From: Orbicella franksi
Taxonomy: Eukaryota
Direction: 5' to 3'
Assembly (NCBI GenBank): GCA_964199315.1
Contig: OZ116711.1
Location: 4,464,001 to 4,528,000 of the forward strand
Length of the DNA: 64,000 nucleotides
The notes under the pieces were generated by a model that was not told the origin of the DNA, did not search any database, and was given only the letters and a program-made list of their open reading frames with translations. Shown one piece after another: positions 38,756-53,500 of this stretch. Positions within the stretch are counted from its first letter, which is position 1. Each line of letters starts with the position of its first letter. The translations under genes were made by a program, and so were the position numbers.

Positions 38756-39280
38756 TTATCTTTGCTAAATCATATCAAAACTTATTGTACATACAGATAT
38801 GCGCATGAATGAACATTTGAATAAAGTTTATCAAGATTCACGTTTTCAAGACGCTCTTGTAATTTTCTTTTTTGACTTCATGTGCGCGTTAAATCCACAG
38901 TCTTCCCAAAATGAACACTACAAGTATTGTACAACTTTACTCTCAGAAGAAAATTATTTGGCCTTTCAAAGTTGATGCAAACAGCCCTCTAATGTAAAGC
39001 TTTTGTCTTTGATTTTCTGGTGTTGGTCAATTAATCTGATAGGCCGAGGGAAAAATAGACCGAGAAGAGGCTGGGGAGAGCTGCAAGTAGGCGCGCAGGC
39101 GCCCAGGGGAGGTAAAAGCAATCGTAACAACAGAAAGGTGAACCGAAGTTCCAGGCGCTCATCATTGCCATGCGTTGGGGAGGACCAACCTTTAGGGATT
39201 GTGTTCTACATATGCATACATCACAAAATTAAACAGTCAAATTTCCATGTGGGAAACGCTAAAACTAATGTCGCGAGTCC

Positions 39281-42200
39281 CTAGAGTTCGTCTCCGTTTC
39301 GAGTTTTCTTTTGTCGTTTATCCTTCTGCATTTGCGGGGTTTTCCTGAAAGAATAAAATAAGATGTTGTTTACTATAAAAGCTGCGTCAAGTCACACCAT
39401 TGACACACTCCTAGTGCACGTGGTCCTCCTCACTTTTAATCTTTCTATGAGGAAGATGGCGTTCATCAAAAAACATTTTAATTGAATACTCAGTAGACCA
39501 CGATTAGTCCCTCTTTCGCTTTGCTATGGGAAAGACTATGACCCGTGCCCCATGATGACTGGGTGTTCCATTAGAGGACCTGTTCCATTACTGCTGTTTT
39601 CAGTTGTTTGACTTGTGTGTTGCTGAGACCACACTCTTACTCTCAGTGGTAACCGTCCTACTCATGCCAGGGGATGTGCTAGGGCAATCTCGTTCCCAGA
39701 GACCGCCATCCTTTTGGTCAGCAGCTGACCGAAATCGCGCACGCTCTGGGGACGAGATTGTATTCAAGGTCGATATAAAAAAATGGTGTTAACTTTTCAC
39801 AGGCTTTTTGTCAAATATATAGTATTCACACATTGAAATAATTGCGCACAATTTTGTAGAAGAAGAACATGATTCTCCCTCCACACTCATTTCTTCACAG
39901 GGAAACAACAAGAAGACAGAGAATTGTTTGCATAGCAAAGGTCAAAAAACATCTTTATATCCATACTTACTTTGTCTTTTTGCTCTTCTCCCTTGTTTTA
40001 CTATTTTCATTCTGAATTTCTTTTTCACTGGTTTCACTCGTAGACTTCACCTTCTGACAGTCCACGGCCAACATTTCATTAAAACGCGAAAACGGCGCCA
40101 AATTTTCGCGATCGAGAAATATATCCGAGATGACTTCACCGACTCTTTCCTTCGTCAAACTTCCATCCAATGTTTTAAACAGACGCTTTTTCGGCTTCGC
40201 GAACAGCAACACCGGAAGGTTGTCGGGAAAGATGCCGAAAACTTCGCCATATTCTGGATGGCAGGACGCGTTAACCCAAAGATAGTGTAAAGGTTTATCT
40301 GCAAAATGTTAAAAAGATCATGAAGTTAATGCTAGTATTTATAATGCAAAACTAACCTACACATTTACTTGACAATAACATCCTGAAGATGTCGAAACGT
40401 CGTTTATTATTACTTTCGCTAATTTTTGTCAACTGACCGACTATAGCAGGTTGTTCGAAAGCCGGTTAACGCTACCCCGGATTAATGAACGAAGTATTAA
40501 TTTTCTGGTATTAAAATGTTTTCCACTGCTTAAAATTCTCCGGTGCTAATCCTCGGTTAGCTTAATCGGGCTTTGAAAAACCCGGCCCAGACCTATCGCA
40601 AATTATCTCCAGCATTTTTGTCAGATCCTGGCGCTAACAACATACTACGGCTCAAAAAGACTTGACCCATTCTCAGGACCCAATGGAGCCTGGAAATATG
40701 GAGTTCAGATATCCCTGGGGTACGTAAACTAAGTACTCCCTTTAACCTTTAGGCTTCATGTCATTTTAGTAGAATGCGCTTACAGTACTTTGGCCAGTGT
40801 CTCCACCACACTCGGTAACTCACATTTAAAAATCAAATAATAGAATTGAAATGTTTTCGTAATAGCGTTACCTTTCATATCTGGCATTTTCTGTAGATCT
40901 TTAAACAATTTTAAAGCTTTCTTAACTGATGTCTTTTCCTTGCCATCCACGAAGTAGATCAAACACAAACCAAGGGAGGTATCTGCACACATTCTCTTAT
41001 GATTCTCAAATGTAATTTCTTTCTCTAGAGTACTCTCTCCATCCTCGTGATAAGTATTCTCAGGCTCCCTCGCCAGAATCTCTTTAACGTCTTCAACGAA
41101 AAATTCCCTCAAGCCAACTTTACCCTTGAATTTTCTGGCGGTTGGGTGATCCAGGTAATGTTTTTCGTGGACAGAGAAGAAAAATCTCGTCAAGTTCAGG
41201 TACGAGATTTCGCCATACTCGTTCGTGTCATAAAATACTGAGCTAAATCTGATGAGTTCTTTGTCAGCACTCTCTGTAGCAACCATGACCAAGATGGCTG
41301 GTATTTTTCTGATTTGGAAATTCTGCCTTATCTCTTGATTCGGCTTTTGCAGAACAGCAAAGTTGAAATATTTGGAGTATTTCAGAGCAATGCCACGGAA
41401 AAGAGGTGATGTAGTGGTTTTTTCTGTAAGAGGGAATCAAAGAAAATAATTAATCGAACTACTTAGAAATGAAAATCCATTCATTAAATGAATCTTTCCA
41501 TGTTTCGGGCGATGTTTTCTTTAAGTTCGTGTTCAGTGAGTTCTGATTGGTGCAGAAAACTCGTGCGACACTTAACCAATCGGAGGCAAACATGCCGTTA
41601 TTTTCTATCAATCAGAAGCAAAATAAAATCTAGTGGAGATTCGGATGACGCACGTTTTCCCGCGCTTGACGCCGGTAGCGAATTTATGTGACATCTGATT
41701 GGTTCATTGTGTTTTCCTACATTTCACCTGATTGGACAGGTGTGATTACCTTATTTAGCTGGCTTGGGTTTCACGCGATCACTAGACATTCTATTTCCGG
41801 TTCAGGTTCATTTGACTCCTCACCAAGAATTTTTCGGCTCTTATTTTTCGAATATATATAACTCTCAAACTGAAATTGAAATTACCTGTTAGTAGCACGA
41901 CAGGCATTTGTAAAGGTTGAGCTTCGTATCCTCGCCTTACACACTGCTGTAACTCCTCCATTGTTTTAACCCTGGTTGTTTCATCAGGCAGACTTTCGAG
42001 TGCGATATTTTCAGCCTCCAATCGAGAATCAACATCCTTCTTGCCCGCTGATTTTATTTTGTAACCACCATAAGGAAAAACGCGGGCGACTGGGTACTTT
42101 TTATCCTTCTGAAGGAAGCCCTTGAATTTTCAAAATATGGCATTATATTTAAGCTATAGAAGACTTATTGCCTGTTTGCATAGCCTCATCTTAACGCGAG

Positions 42201-43316
42201 GGGGTTGGAGAGTTCGAGACAGTTGTACAAACCTGAGACGCGTAGTCGAGGGTTTGCATAACTTTCGAGAATTCTCCCAGCCCCCAAGTGTTTAGATGAG
42301 GCTATCTAAACACGGAGAAAGTTCTTTATTGCTTTTATAAAATATTTCTAGAAAATACGCACGAATCTCAAACGACACAACCGTGAATACATACTTTCAT
42401 CCAAACACACCTATCGACCAATGAGAGCGCACGTGGTATCTTACGTATTTTACAAAGTAAGCTTCAAAGTGAACAACATGCAGTGCAATAAAGATTAATT
42501 TGACTGTGTATCAGTCCTAAAAAAGTTGTCGTTCATCAATCAGATTCAAGTATTACGGTGCTCATAATAAAACGAAACTGAGTTTTCTACATCTACTATA
42601 CATCTTCCTTTTACATTCGTAGTTTATTGCTAAATAGCTCAACCGTTTATTATGCCTTTCAATAACAACAGAGCGTGAAACAGGCCGATGAAAAGAAAAG
42701 CAAAAAAAATTATCAGCCTAAGAGATACTGTCTTGATCTAACTCCAAATTCTCAGAACTGAAATTAAATGAAATATATGGGAAACGGTTAGAAGAATTTA
42801 TACTAATTTTTAGGGGTCAAAGTTAAGTCGAGAATTTCATTTGAAAAAGATATCCATAATTTTAGTCTCCCGTACCATCAATCGACATAAAATATCTATA
42901 AGACACCACATTACTAAAGCCTCTATCAAAATGGATCTTACTCTCGAAAGATCTTAAATATTGTTAAGCGAGTAACGGTTGTGCTATCTCAGAACGTTTT
43001 TTGAATTGAATTCTGAATTTTGAATTTTGAACTATCATACCTTTCTCTTCAAGAACGCTCCATCTTTTTCGGGATCAATTATTCCCACTCGTACAAATAA
43101 TCCTCGCAGACTAAACTCAGTTTCTTTCCACTCGTCCAGATACACTTTCCCGGCGCCTTTGACGGCTACAATCCATGCGTCTTTCTCTCCGTCTATTACC
43201 AGGGTTTCATAATTACTAGATGTTATTTCCACTAGACCATATTTCTTGGACAAGGCGAATTTAACGAGGAAAAACATACCGAGGAAGATCGCTTGAAAAC
43301 TCGATAAAAACTTCAT
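39281..43316 (-). CDS. ER-luminal thioredoxin-fold (PDI/P5-like) protein without CxxC, about 480 aa, C-terminal GDEL. Exons 43041-43316, 41886-42108 (or 42120), 40872-41423, 39971-40298, 39281-39344
   Basis: Signal peptide MKFLSSFQAIFLGMFFLVKFALS, PDI-like segments (VEITSSNYETLVIDGEKDAWIVAV; VLLTEKTTTSPLFRGIALKY; LHYLWVNASCHPEYGEVFG), last exon ends RNGDEL*. Exon phases are consistent. Confidence 0.75.
39685..39760. mobile_element. Short MITE in the last intron of the PDI-like gene
   Basis: TIRs CAATCTCGTTCCCAGAG / CTCTGGGGACGAGATTG. Confidence 0.7.
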
Positions 43317-44551
43317 TCTTTTGTAAAAATCCAGTGATAACAGGTGTACTAAATGTAACGTCTTAGATATACTTGTTCGGATTAAAATTACGACACTGTT
43401 AAATAAGTCTGTTAACGATTTTTCTCGACTGAAATTGCTGGTGTTCTGCTGAAAGTTTAGATTGATAAACGTTCCCGAAAGGAGATCTTTGCCTTTCTAT
43501 GCTTTACGATAAAAGACTTTTGAAAGAGACACATTTAATAGAAATCTCATTACGTGGCATTAGTTAAGGTTTACAGCAGTTCATCAGCTGATTAAATAGT
43601 TCATGAATTAATTGATGAGGATTGTTCGTTGTTTAATACTGAAACACGTCACAGTAAATTACAAACTGATCTAATGTTACAAAGAAAAGAAATGCTTCAA
43701 AACATCCCTCAGTTCTCAGCTCACAAAGCAAAACAGTGATGTATTTGTAGCTGTAACGAAGATGGAGAAGCTAGTCAGTGAGTCAATATCTTGGTTACTT
43801 TCATTCATTTTCTCTTGGTTCATTTTAGCTTTGGACGGTTCAGTGCATGATTGAATAAAGGATACGAGAATATTGATTACACTGTTATTTTTTGTCTTTA
43901 ATATTGAAATGTAGTCGCTAACCATAGATCGTTTTGTTTGCACTTTTTCGGTCATATTCTTTTATATCTTTTCTTTTAGTTATTTTATTTTTTGTTTTAC
44001 ATAAAACGAAAAACACAGAGTGGGAAGCATACGAGATTAGTTGATAATTTTCGACGCTGTAGTTTTGATTATTCCAAGAAACAGCGGTAAGGTTAAACTT
44101 TACTAATGAAAATTTTACCGACTTCTGAGCTTCAGGGAACATTTATAGAATCCAGGCTCCTCTTTTTCCATTCATAAGTGGAAAAGGAGGCACTGTCAGA
44201 GAACATGCGATAAAGCTCGCACTGATATTAGATCTGTGTAGTATGCTCATTACGATTAGTCAATGTTCGACCGTGAGCGAGAGAACATCTCAGTTCGGAC
44301 TGTAAAGATATGGATCAACGGTTGCGCCGTCTGGGACCGCATTTTCAAAGAGCTCTATGAGGTGCCTTGTATCCAGCCTCTACGCTTACGTAACAAGGTT
44401 ACCAGTTCCCAGTCCCTGCCGAGTGCAAGCTTTGATCACCGGTCAGTTGAGGATCTTCCGTAATGTAATCAAACATTTTTGGCTCGTTTCTTGGCCTTTT
44501 TGGGACTACAGGCTCGAAACTCTGTTGCTTTGTAACCCAAGGTGTTCCAAG

Positions 44552-47500
44552 ATGAGTGCTGCACCGTTTACAGTGGAGATGATCTTTGTGTTTCTTCTGA
44601 CATTGTGTCTTCTTCATCAGTATGGAAATTGGCGAAAGCAACATTGGCTGGTGACCATAGCAGTCTTCATTGCTTGGTATTTCTCATTCCTAATTGTTTT
44701 CATCCTTCCTTTAGATGTTTCAGCGGTAAGTTGAAATCATTTTCAATGTTAAAATGCCGGAAATTATTGTAATCACACCCGATTTAAGGAAAATGTAGCC
44801 TTAATTTTGTACACCAGTTGTCACTTGGTTTTGTCACTTTTATGTAGATTTTATTATGCGTCAGTTTTAAGAAGCTGAATTAAATTTGTGTCAAGCTAGT
44901 ATTACTGAAAAAACAAGTGCCTTTTCTATATTTTCTACTCAAACAGGCAGATTTTATCTAGACAAAAACATATTTTCTCTACCATTTAGACGTTCTACAG
45001 AAAATGTTTGAAAGATGCTCAAGTGAACTCACGACATAAGAGAGAGATTTTGTCGAACACTTCTTCAAATTTCTCGGAGAGTAACTCAAGCCAGACTACT
45101 TCGTCAAACTGCGAGAAACCCTGGAGTTATTTACGGGAACATGTTCTTCCAGATCTTTGGCGGGTAGTTTACTGGTCTTCTCAGATACTTTCTTGGTAAG
45201 TAGTTGAAAATATACCTTCGGCAATGATGAAATTTGTAGCTGAGTTATTCGTCTGTGAGGCGAAAATCGTCTTAAAAATGTAGATGTTTTCAGTCGCTTC
45301 TAAGGTTCCTATGACCTAGTTTTGCACCTGTATGGTATGCCGACAGAAAAAATTACAATATTAAACAAAAACGTATTGTCTACTTGCTTTGACGAATTTT
45401 TTTGCATGGATTTACAAGCAGTATTTTGTATAGTCCTAAAAGATTGCAAATTTTTGCTTACCCAAATACAAATTTCTGAATTAATCAACGAAAATCAAAG
45501 AAATTGATTATGTACCAATTCAAAATGCATACACACCAGTATGATCCAGTATATTGCATGAAACCTCAAGTGTAATTTAAAGATTGGCAAGATTCCAAAT
45601 TTGCCACTGTTGTTCTGCTCATGGCTGCTGCACTGTTGTTGAAAATACAATATAAAATAAACACAAATGCATAAAGTGTGAGGCAATTTTGATTTTATTC
45701 CTAAGATATGTATCTTAGGATGCTGGCAATCACCCAAAGTCAAAATGCTAATTCTCCATACAGACTGCCTTCATTTCTTTCTAAGCTGGGTGTGAGAATT
45801 TGTTTGCTAATCAGTATTAATGGTATCCTGTATTTGATAATGTTTTTTATTCACATTACCAACTCACTTGACAATGGGTTAATATTGTAAAGAGAAATTA
45901 GATGTTGGTCACAGGTTTGAAAGTTCTTTTTGTTTTCAAGGTTTATCCTTCCTATTATGCAGTCCTACTCATATGCAGGTGACTTTACTGTGCGGGGTAA
46001 AATCAAAACAGCACTGTATGAGAATGCACTATGGTATGGCAGCTATCTCATCATCTTTGGTATCCTTCTGATCTACGTTATTGTGAAGCCTGAACTACAT
46101 TTAGATGGGTGAGTATTATTATATCAGTACCATATTGATGGCAACAAGTCTCTCTTTATGTTGCTACATCTGTCTGCTAAACAATGTGATTGATATTGTG
46201 AGGTGAAATGAAGAGAATGGTACGGAAGACGTGCACGAGTGTACATGTTGTCTTTTTATATTAATTTGTTTCCAACTTGGGTGAATCTGTTTCAATCTTA
46301 CGGTAACATTCTGGTAATTAATTTAATTTATATATATATTTATTGCTGAGAAGCATCTTTAATATTTAGATTGGCTTGTTTGACAGTCTCTAGTCTCTCC
46401 TATTAAACCTGCTATCAAGTATCCCAAAGGTTGTTGTATAAACATAAGTCTGTTACTAAGTGCTCAATGCTTTTCCAAGTTTTGATTTATGAAACTGTTC
46501 ACTGAAAGACGTGGTAAATGGCATTTTCTAACCACTAAAAATAGAAATCGTTCTGGAGGGACATGCCCTCTAACCTATGGGCTGTAGCCAGAAAAAATTA
46601 TGACTGAGGCAGGGTGTTTATGATGAGTATAAACAACAAAAATGAAACAAAATGGCCAAGGCAAGTGCTTCAATTTGTAGGTTTCTAGCTACCGCCTTTT
46701 TACCCCACTAGTAGCTCAGGTACCTTGGGTGCTCAATTAATTTTCTATTCCTTGCATGCTCTAAGGAAATCCATACCAAGCCCCTGATTAACTTGATTAA
46801 TTTCAAATAACCTTAAAATGATCTTTATTAACTTGTTACAACATTGGAAATTATATGGAAGTTACTGAGGCTGGTGTCTATTTAATACAGGGTCTGCTTA
46901 ATACACAGTCCATGTTATAATAAAAAAGTGGGTGTTTCTTTTGATTATTCTGTGGGAGGCGCAGTGGCCTCATGGTTAGTGCGCTCGTCTCCGGATCGAG
47001 CGGTCCGGGTTCGAGCCCTAGCCGGGGACATTGTGTTGTGTTCTTGGGCAAGACACTTTACTCTCACAGTGCCTCTCTCTTCCCAGGTGTATAAATGGGT
47101 ACCGGCGAACTTAATGCTGGGGGTAACCCTGCAATGGACTAGCATCCCATCCAGGGGGGAGTAGAAATACTCCTAGTTGCTTCATGCTACAGAAACCGGG
47201 ATAAGCTCTGGCCTGATGGGCCACTTGGCTCGCATGCAGACTTTACCTCTTTTGATTATTCTAGAACATATTTGAAAATCATTGGAATCACCGCATCTAA
47301 CACTTGGGGATTGTTGCTTCTGGTGTTCCTTATGGGGTATGGTTTGGTAGAAGTGCCACGCACTACATGGAACACTGCTCGGCTGGAGTTCCAGATGGCT
47401 CATGCTTACTTCAAAATATCAAAACTTAGTGTCGAAAGGGAAGAGGCGGAGGAACAATTGTCAGAAGTATTGGAGGTAATAAATCATTAATTTCAAGGTG

Positions 47501-50500
47501 GACTTTTTGGTATAAAGCAACTGATACCAAACATGCCACTTACTTGTTGAATAAGTTTTTTTAATACTTCTTTTTATAGGAAGTAAGTCGGGCATCAGAA
47601 GTTTTACGTTACAGACATCCCCTTAGAAAGCACCTTGAAGTTATCATTAAGAAGGTATGTTGGAATAATCTGTACTTTGCTTATTGGGTCTTTACAGTCA
47701 AACCTGAATTATCTTGTCTTCATTATGAAGACTTTTTTCATCACCATTCCCAATTTTGAATAAATATCAATATAATCATAGGTTTTAATTTACCATTTTG
47801 ACATTGTATCAGCAAGAAGCAAATCTCTGACATTCTTTCTGTTGCACCCTAAAACAAGCCATTTTGCTGTCCGATCTGTAGGATTTGTGTGGATGAACTT
47901 TAGCCTTTGCTAGCCAAGTGGGAAATGTGTATCTATGATGCTAAAGCCCCTGAATTCATAAGTGTTTCTATGATAAAGTGACATGAGACACCTCTAAAAC
48001 CTTCTAGGAGATAATATATACACACACACCTTGAAGAAGGTCACTGCAAATTAAGAGAGGGCAGGTGCTTTCAAAAGCCAAAATTTTAAAAGAACAGTCA
48101 AGTCTGAAGCTATTCAGGAATATCAAGTTGGGTGAGGAGGAAGTGAGAGGGGAATGGGACCAAGTTCCCCTGCTCCCCCAAATGAAAAAATAAACAACTC
48201 TAGGGTGCCAAGGTGTGAACATTTTCAAGAGAAATACAATTATTACTAATTATTTTTTCTTGTTTTAGTTCCCAGAATCTTCGCAGTCCAATTTTAACAG
48301 AGGAACTGATGACTATGTTGATTACGAGGATTACTTGAAGGAGACTGGGAGTAGAATCACTGAGACCTACACAGAGAAAAGCTTAGCAAAACTTCACAAG
48401 AGGGTGATTACCATCACTCACACATGGAAACGCACACAATGGTGAACAGATAGATAATTTAATTAACAATATTATTTAGGAAGTAAAAAACATGTACCAT
48501 GTTTCTTTGAAGTTATAGAAACACGAGTGGAAGTCTGGGAGAACTAGAAATACTGTGGGAACACAAGCTGACCCACAGCTTTTTTGAGTTCTCTCAAACT
48601 TCCACTCGTGTTTCTATAACTTGATAGAAATACAGAGAACATGTTTTCTATTTCTCTTAGAACATGCCGTTTGTTCGTGCCATCATGACAACAACTTCTG
48701 GTGCTAGTTCTGGGTTTCTGTCGAGTTATAGAAACACAATTTTGAACCAGTCAGTGTGCTTATTTTCTTTGGGCTATTTCTAATACAATGTGATCTTGCA
48801 AAATTGCATGGAATTCTACCTGAAACTTAGTCTATATATGAAGCTGTAGGATGAGTGAGACTAAACATGTTGCTTAACTTCAAATCTTGCTGTCCTTCGA
48901 ACTCTTAAGTTTGTGTCTAGAATTTGGTTTCTATTTTTAGCCAGTGGAACATACAGCTTGAAAAAGTGTTTGACTTAGAAGATCTGTCACGAAACACAGG
49001 GAGCAGTGACAGGTGTGTAAAGCATCCTATAGTTTCATTAGCTATAGTTTAATTAGGATTTATATTTTGTTGCTGCATGGTTGGTTACTTACAGTAGTAT
49101 TCAGCATGCAATTTGTACTCCATAAACATTTGCAACTGAAGTTGGCTTTTTACTTGGTAAAGATAGTAAAGTTTTCACTCATGGGCAAGAGTGTCTGATG
49201 CCACTGGAGCTTATCCCAGAAGCTACCCCCCCCCCCTTCCGGATAGTATTGTGCACTGTCAGGTTGTCCTGATATTAGCTGGAACTGAACTGTTAGCCAG
49301 GTTACAATGACCCTAGCCAGCAGTCGAACATAGACTGCTCTTTCTGAAGTGCAATACACTAGCTATTAAAACACCATTTTGTGGCCTCTATCCAGTATTA
49401 AACATTCTTCTCTTCTTCACAGACACTACAAATCTTCACTGAGAGCACCATCTAGTGGAACTAAACCCGTTTTGGGTATGTTATCAGTGTGTGAAACCAT
49501 TAGTGCAAACCATTTTTCTGAAAAAGAGAGATTAAGGGTGCATTCCTTTGGGGTGATGTGGATCAGGATCAGTGATCCACAATGACTCAGATCATGGTAC
49601 ATCAAAGGAACCGTTGAATCCACTCTGGTCATGGATTCATTGGTTACTTTGGTGTACCATGATCCAGAGTGATCTTGGATCACTGATCCTGATCCAGATC
49701 ACCCAAAAGGAACACGCCCTTACTTTCAATCTTTAGATCTAATTATTTTGTCTTTTGTTCATTATTTTTAGAGTGGTACTGGCGTGTCTGGATGTTGCCA
49801 TCACTGCTGCGTGTAACTGCAGTTCTTCTGTTTCTGCTGTCGGTGACCCTTGTCTGGTCAGAGGTGACCTTCTTCAATGTCAAGCCTGTGTTGTCGATAT
49901 TTGCACAGATGATCCACAGTGCTAGTGAAGGATATTATTATTTCTATGTAGAGGTTTGTGCAGAAAAATGACACGTTGTAGCTTGAAGATTCTAAACAGA
50001 TGTTACAACATGCGCTCAATTCCCTCCCTGTTCAAAAGATATCTGAAGTTTGACCTGAAAAATTCCATAATTACTGATGATCAATTTCTTAGCCTTGCAA
50101 AATATCAAGACTCTGAGACAGCTTTGTGGAAAGATCTAGACTCTATTGTGCACAATTATTAGTATTAAGCACTAAAATATGACTCTGCAAGACCTGTGAC
50201 CCATTATTCTGACGATGTTCCGACGATCCTCAAAATTTCCCATAGCAAAACCCTTTACATGTTTAAAACAACATAGATCCATGTAGCCTCTGATTAGTTG
50301 TTACTTGGTTTAGAATTTCTGCATTCAAGTAATTTATAACAAATCTCAGACAAAATTGTTCATGAAAAGTGGGTGTCCATAAAGCAGGTTCCTCTAATAT
50401 AAACTACACTTTGCACTGTGTTTTTGTGTGTTGTGGTCTTCACCTCAAAAATTCTGGATCTGTTCTTGCCTTGGTCTCTCTCTACAGCCACTTCATCTGA

Positions 50501-53500
50501 CATGGAATTTCTCAGGTCAGATATTCCTGAGATGTTTCTTGAGTGGGTTTAAAAGGATAGGTGTACTTACACATAGGCTTTTTCAGCAGATGAATGTATA
50601 AATAAATTTATCTTAAACCATCTCATTGTTTGCTACCCAGATCGTCACAGAGGCTAAGGTGACTTGTTCTCAAACTGTTTGAGAATCAAGTTTTTTGCCA
50701 CAAAAAGAAAACTCTGGATTGTTTTTGATTGCAGGTGATATCATGTGTAACCATTTCATACATGTGTGTCTGTGTTTACTACACTGTCTTCAAAATGAGG
50801 TTCTTCAATTATTACTACTTTGCTCCAAAGCATCAGACAGATCCAAACAGCTTGCTCTTCAGTGGATTGTAAGTTAATAAAAGTAGTTGTTACTCTGTAC
50901 AAGTATCTTACACTCTCATCTCAATTCTTCCCTGGATTTATGTTTTAGAATTATTGTTTCTAAAACATACCTAAATCATAGCTAATTAAGAAATGAGGAC
51001 AACTAAATGAAAAATGCCAAAGGTGGAAATTAAATATGGATTAAAAATTATATCACACAGCTCTCTTTTTACTTTTAATAATTTGAAACAAGAACTTCTG
51101 GTATAAAAGAATTGTTGATATTTTCTAAAAAGTGTTGACACTAGCTACAGTGGAATTTGGATTTTTCAGACTTCAAACTTCCTGATTTTTTAACCAGTTA
51201 TCATTCCCCTAGGTGGTTCAAACATTTCAGATTCCACTGTACTCAATGCCGTATTTTCTTCCTCTTTTCAGGCTTCTTTGTCGCCTGACATATGCTTTGT
51301 GTCTTAACTTCCTTGCTGTCATTCATCTTGATGGACATGTTACTGGAGCAGTTGAAAAAGTTGAAACTTCCTTCACTAAGGTAAGCATTTTCATTGAGCA
51401 TTGAGACCTTGAGATGATGATAATGCATTTTCAAGAACCTGTTTATTATTTGTTTTTACTAGTTCAGTAGTGCTCTATCTAGGCATTTGCACTCTGACTA
51501 GTAAATAAAAAAATATTATTTAATAAATAAATAAATAAATAAAATTTAATGAATAGGAATTTGCAGTGGCACATCCCATGGAGAGGCTGTTCATCAACTG
51601 TTTCCAGATTGAATTGGAATTTAGTAGTGGTTTTTGTGAAGGGATGAAAACCCAAGAACCTGCAGAAAAACCCTTGAAGCAAGGCGAGAACCAACAGTAA
51701 ACTCAACCCACTCATGATAAGCACTGGTTTGGGTTGTCAAAAGTAGCCAACTGTTAGTGAAAATTCCCAACACTTCATGATTTCAGTCAGCCATTCTTCA
51801 GGGCCACTTTTGATTCTTGAGAACAAGATGGCATTGTTAACCACCTACTCTGACAGTAAAGTTTCATACTTCAAAACGTTATGACAACCCAATTGTTTGT
51901 TTTCTTCACAGTTTATGGGCCACATGGATGTGTTGTCTTTCATTTCCAAAGGAGTCAATGTGTACTATCCCATGTGTGTTGTGTTGGTGTGCTTGGCAAC
52001 GTACTTCAGTCTGGGTACCAGGTGTCTCAACTGTCTTGGTTTCCAAACTTTTATTATTGAAGATGATTTGTCAGCAGAGTATGTCAGTGAGGGAAAAGAT
52101 ATTGCTCGAAGAGGTAAGCTGCAGTCTATCTTAACTCCAGTAAGCAGTTTCCAGTTTATTAGTCTCCACTAATTAATAAACAACTTCTTGCCATGAGCAC
52201 AACTTTGTGTTTGCTATTGCTGATTAACAATTCGTATTCATTTACTGTAAAATTCCAAGTTGGTGCAACTTAGCTCTATTTTGCACAATGGGCTCTGTAC
52301 TTTTGTTCACTACTTTAGGGATTTAGCGGTCTTAATTTTTTGACATTACTAATTTGGAGAGTTGTTAATTTCAGATTTTTTTTCAGTAGTAAAATGTGAG
52401 AAGTTAGGACAAAATTCTCAAAGAAAATGTTTCATGCATAAAAGGCTTCCACATCACTGCCATCAAGTTAGTTTAAGGTTCCAACAAAGCTAGATTCTCA
52501 AATCTAAGTGCTGCACCCAAATTGTTTTACATACTTTTCTGGTAAAACTGATACAAAAAGCTTTTAAGTTTGTCTCCAGTTCTACACCTACTGGTAATAC
52601 AATAATTATTGTCTTCTGTTTGTCACCTTTATAGAGAGAAGGAAAAGGGAGATGCTGACTGAAGATGGAAGTCGCAAGGTTAGTGCATGTAGATATTTCC
52701 TAGTAGAGAAATAATTTTATGGAGATTTGGGAGTAAGAAATGTATTTAGCATGTGGATTTTATCAAGGAATGACAGGAATAGAGCCCTTAGTGATTAGTC
52801 TCAAATTTCCCTTTGTGGTGAGTAGTTGAAGATCAGATTACACAAATCTGAACAGGGGTTCTGACATAATTATTCCCAGGTGTATCTCTTGGCCTGGGAG
52901 GTGCAGTGGCCTCATAGTTAGTGCACTTGTCTCTGGATCAAGCCCTGGCCAGGGACATTGTGTTGTGTTCTTGCCTCTCTCCACCCAGGTGTATAAATGG
53001 GTACCAGCAAATTCACTGCCTGGGGTAACCCTGAAATGGACCAGTATCCCATCCAGGGGGAAGTAGAAATACATCAATTCTAATTCCCAGACTGGGAGAT
53101 AGAGCTTAAATCATCATCACTGGCCACCATGTTGTTATGGCCACTAATTTGAGCCCAAAGAAAATGCTCCATACGACCACAATTTTGACGGCCCATACAC
53201 ACACCTGGAGGTAGAAGCTTTTACAGTGTTTCACTTCACTTGTTTCTCATTTATGATTTTTTATGATCCTAGGAATCTTGGTCAGAAAGGGCCGAGTCAG
53301 CAAAAAGAAAGCTTTCAGCTCGCAAGGCTGAGCGTGAAGGACGCGGACTCTCAATCAATGACAATGCAACATCTTTGACAAACCTTACAGGGTCTGATGG
53401 GAAGTATGCAAAGTATTCTAGGTTCGACACTGAAAGTGATCGTGTTGAGTTGTTGTCCGCTGCTGACTATGATGCCAATAGTTTATCGTCAAGTTATAAT

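Noticed and set aside
44357-44551. In-frame upstream ATG giving LMBRD2 a 65-aa extension
   Set aside because: Homology to the recalled LMBRD2 N-terminus starts at Met 44552, and the extension has no recognisable signal. It may lie upstream of the TSS.
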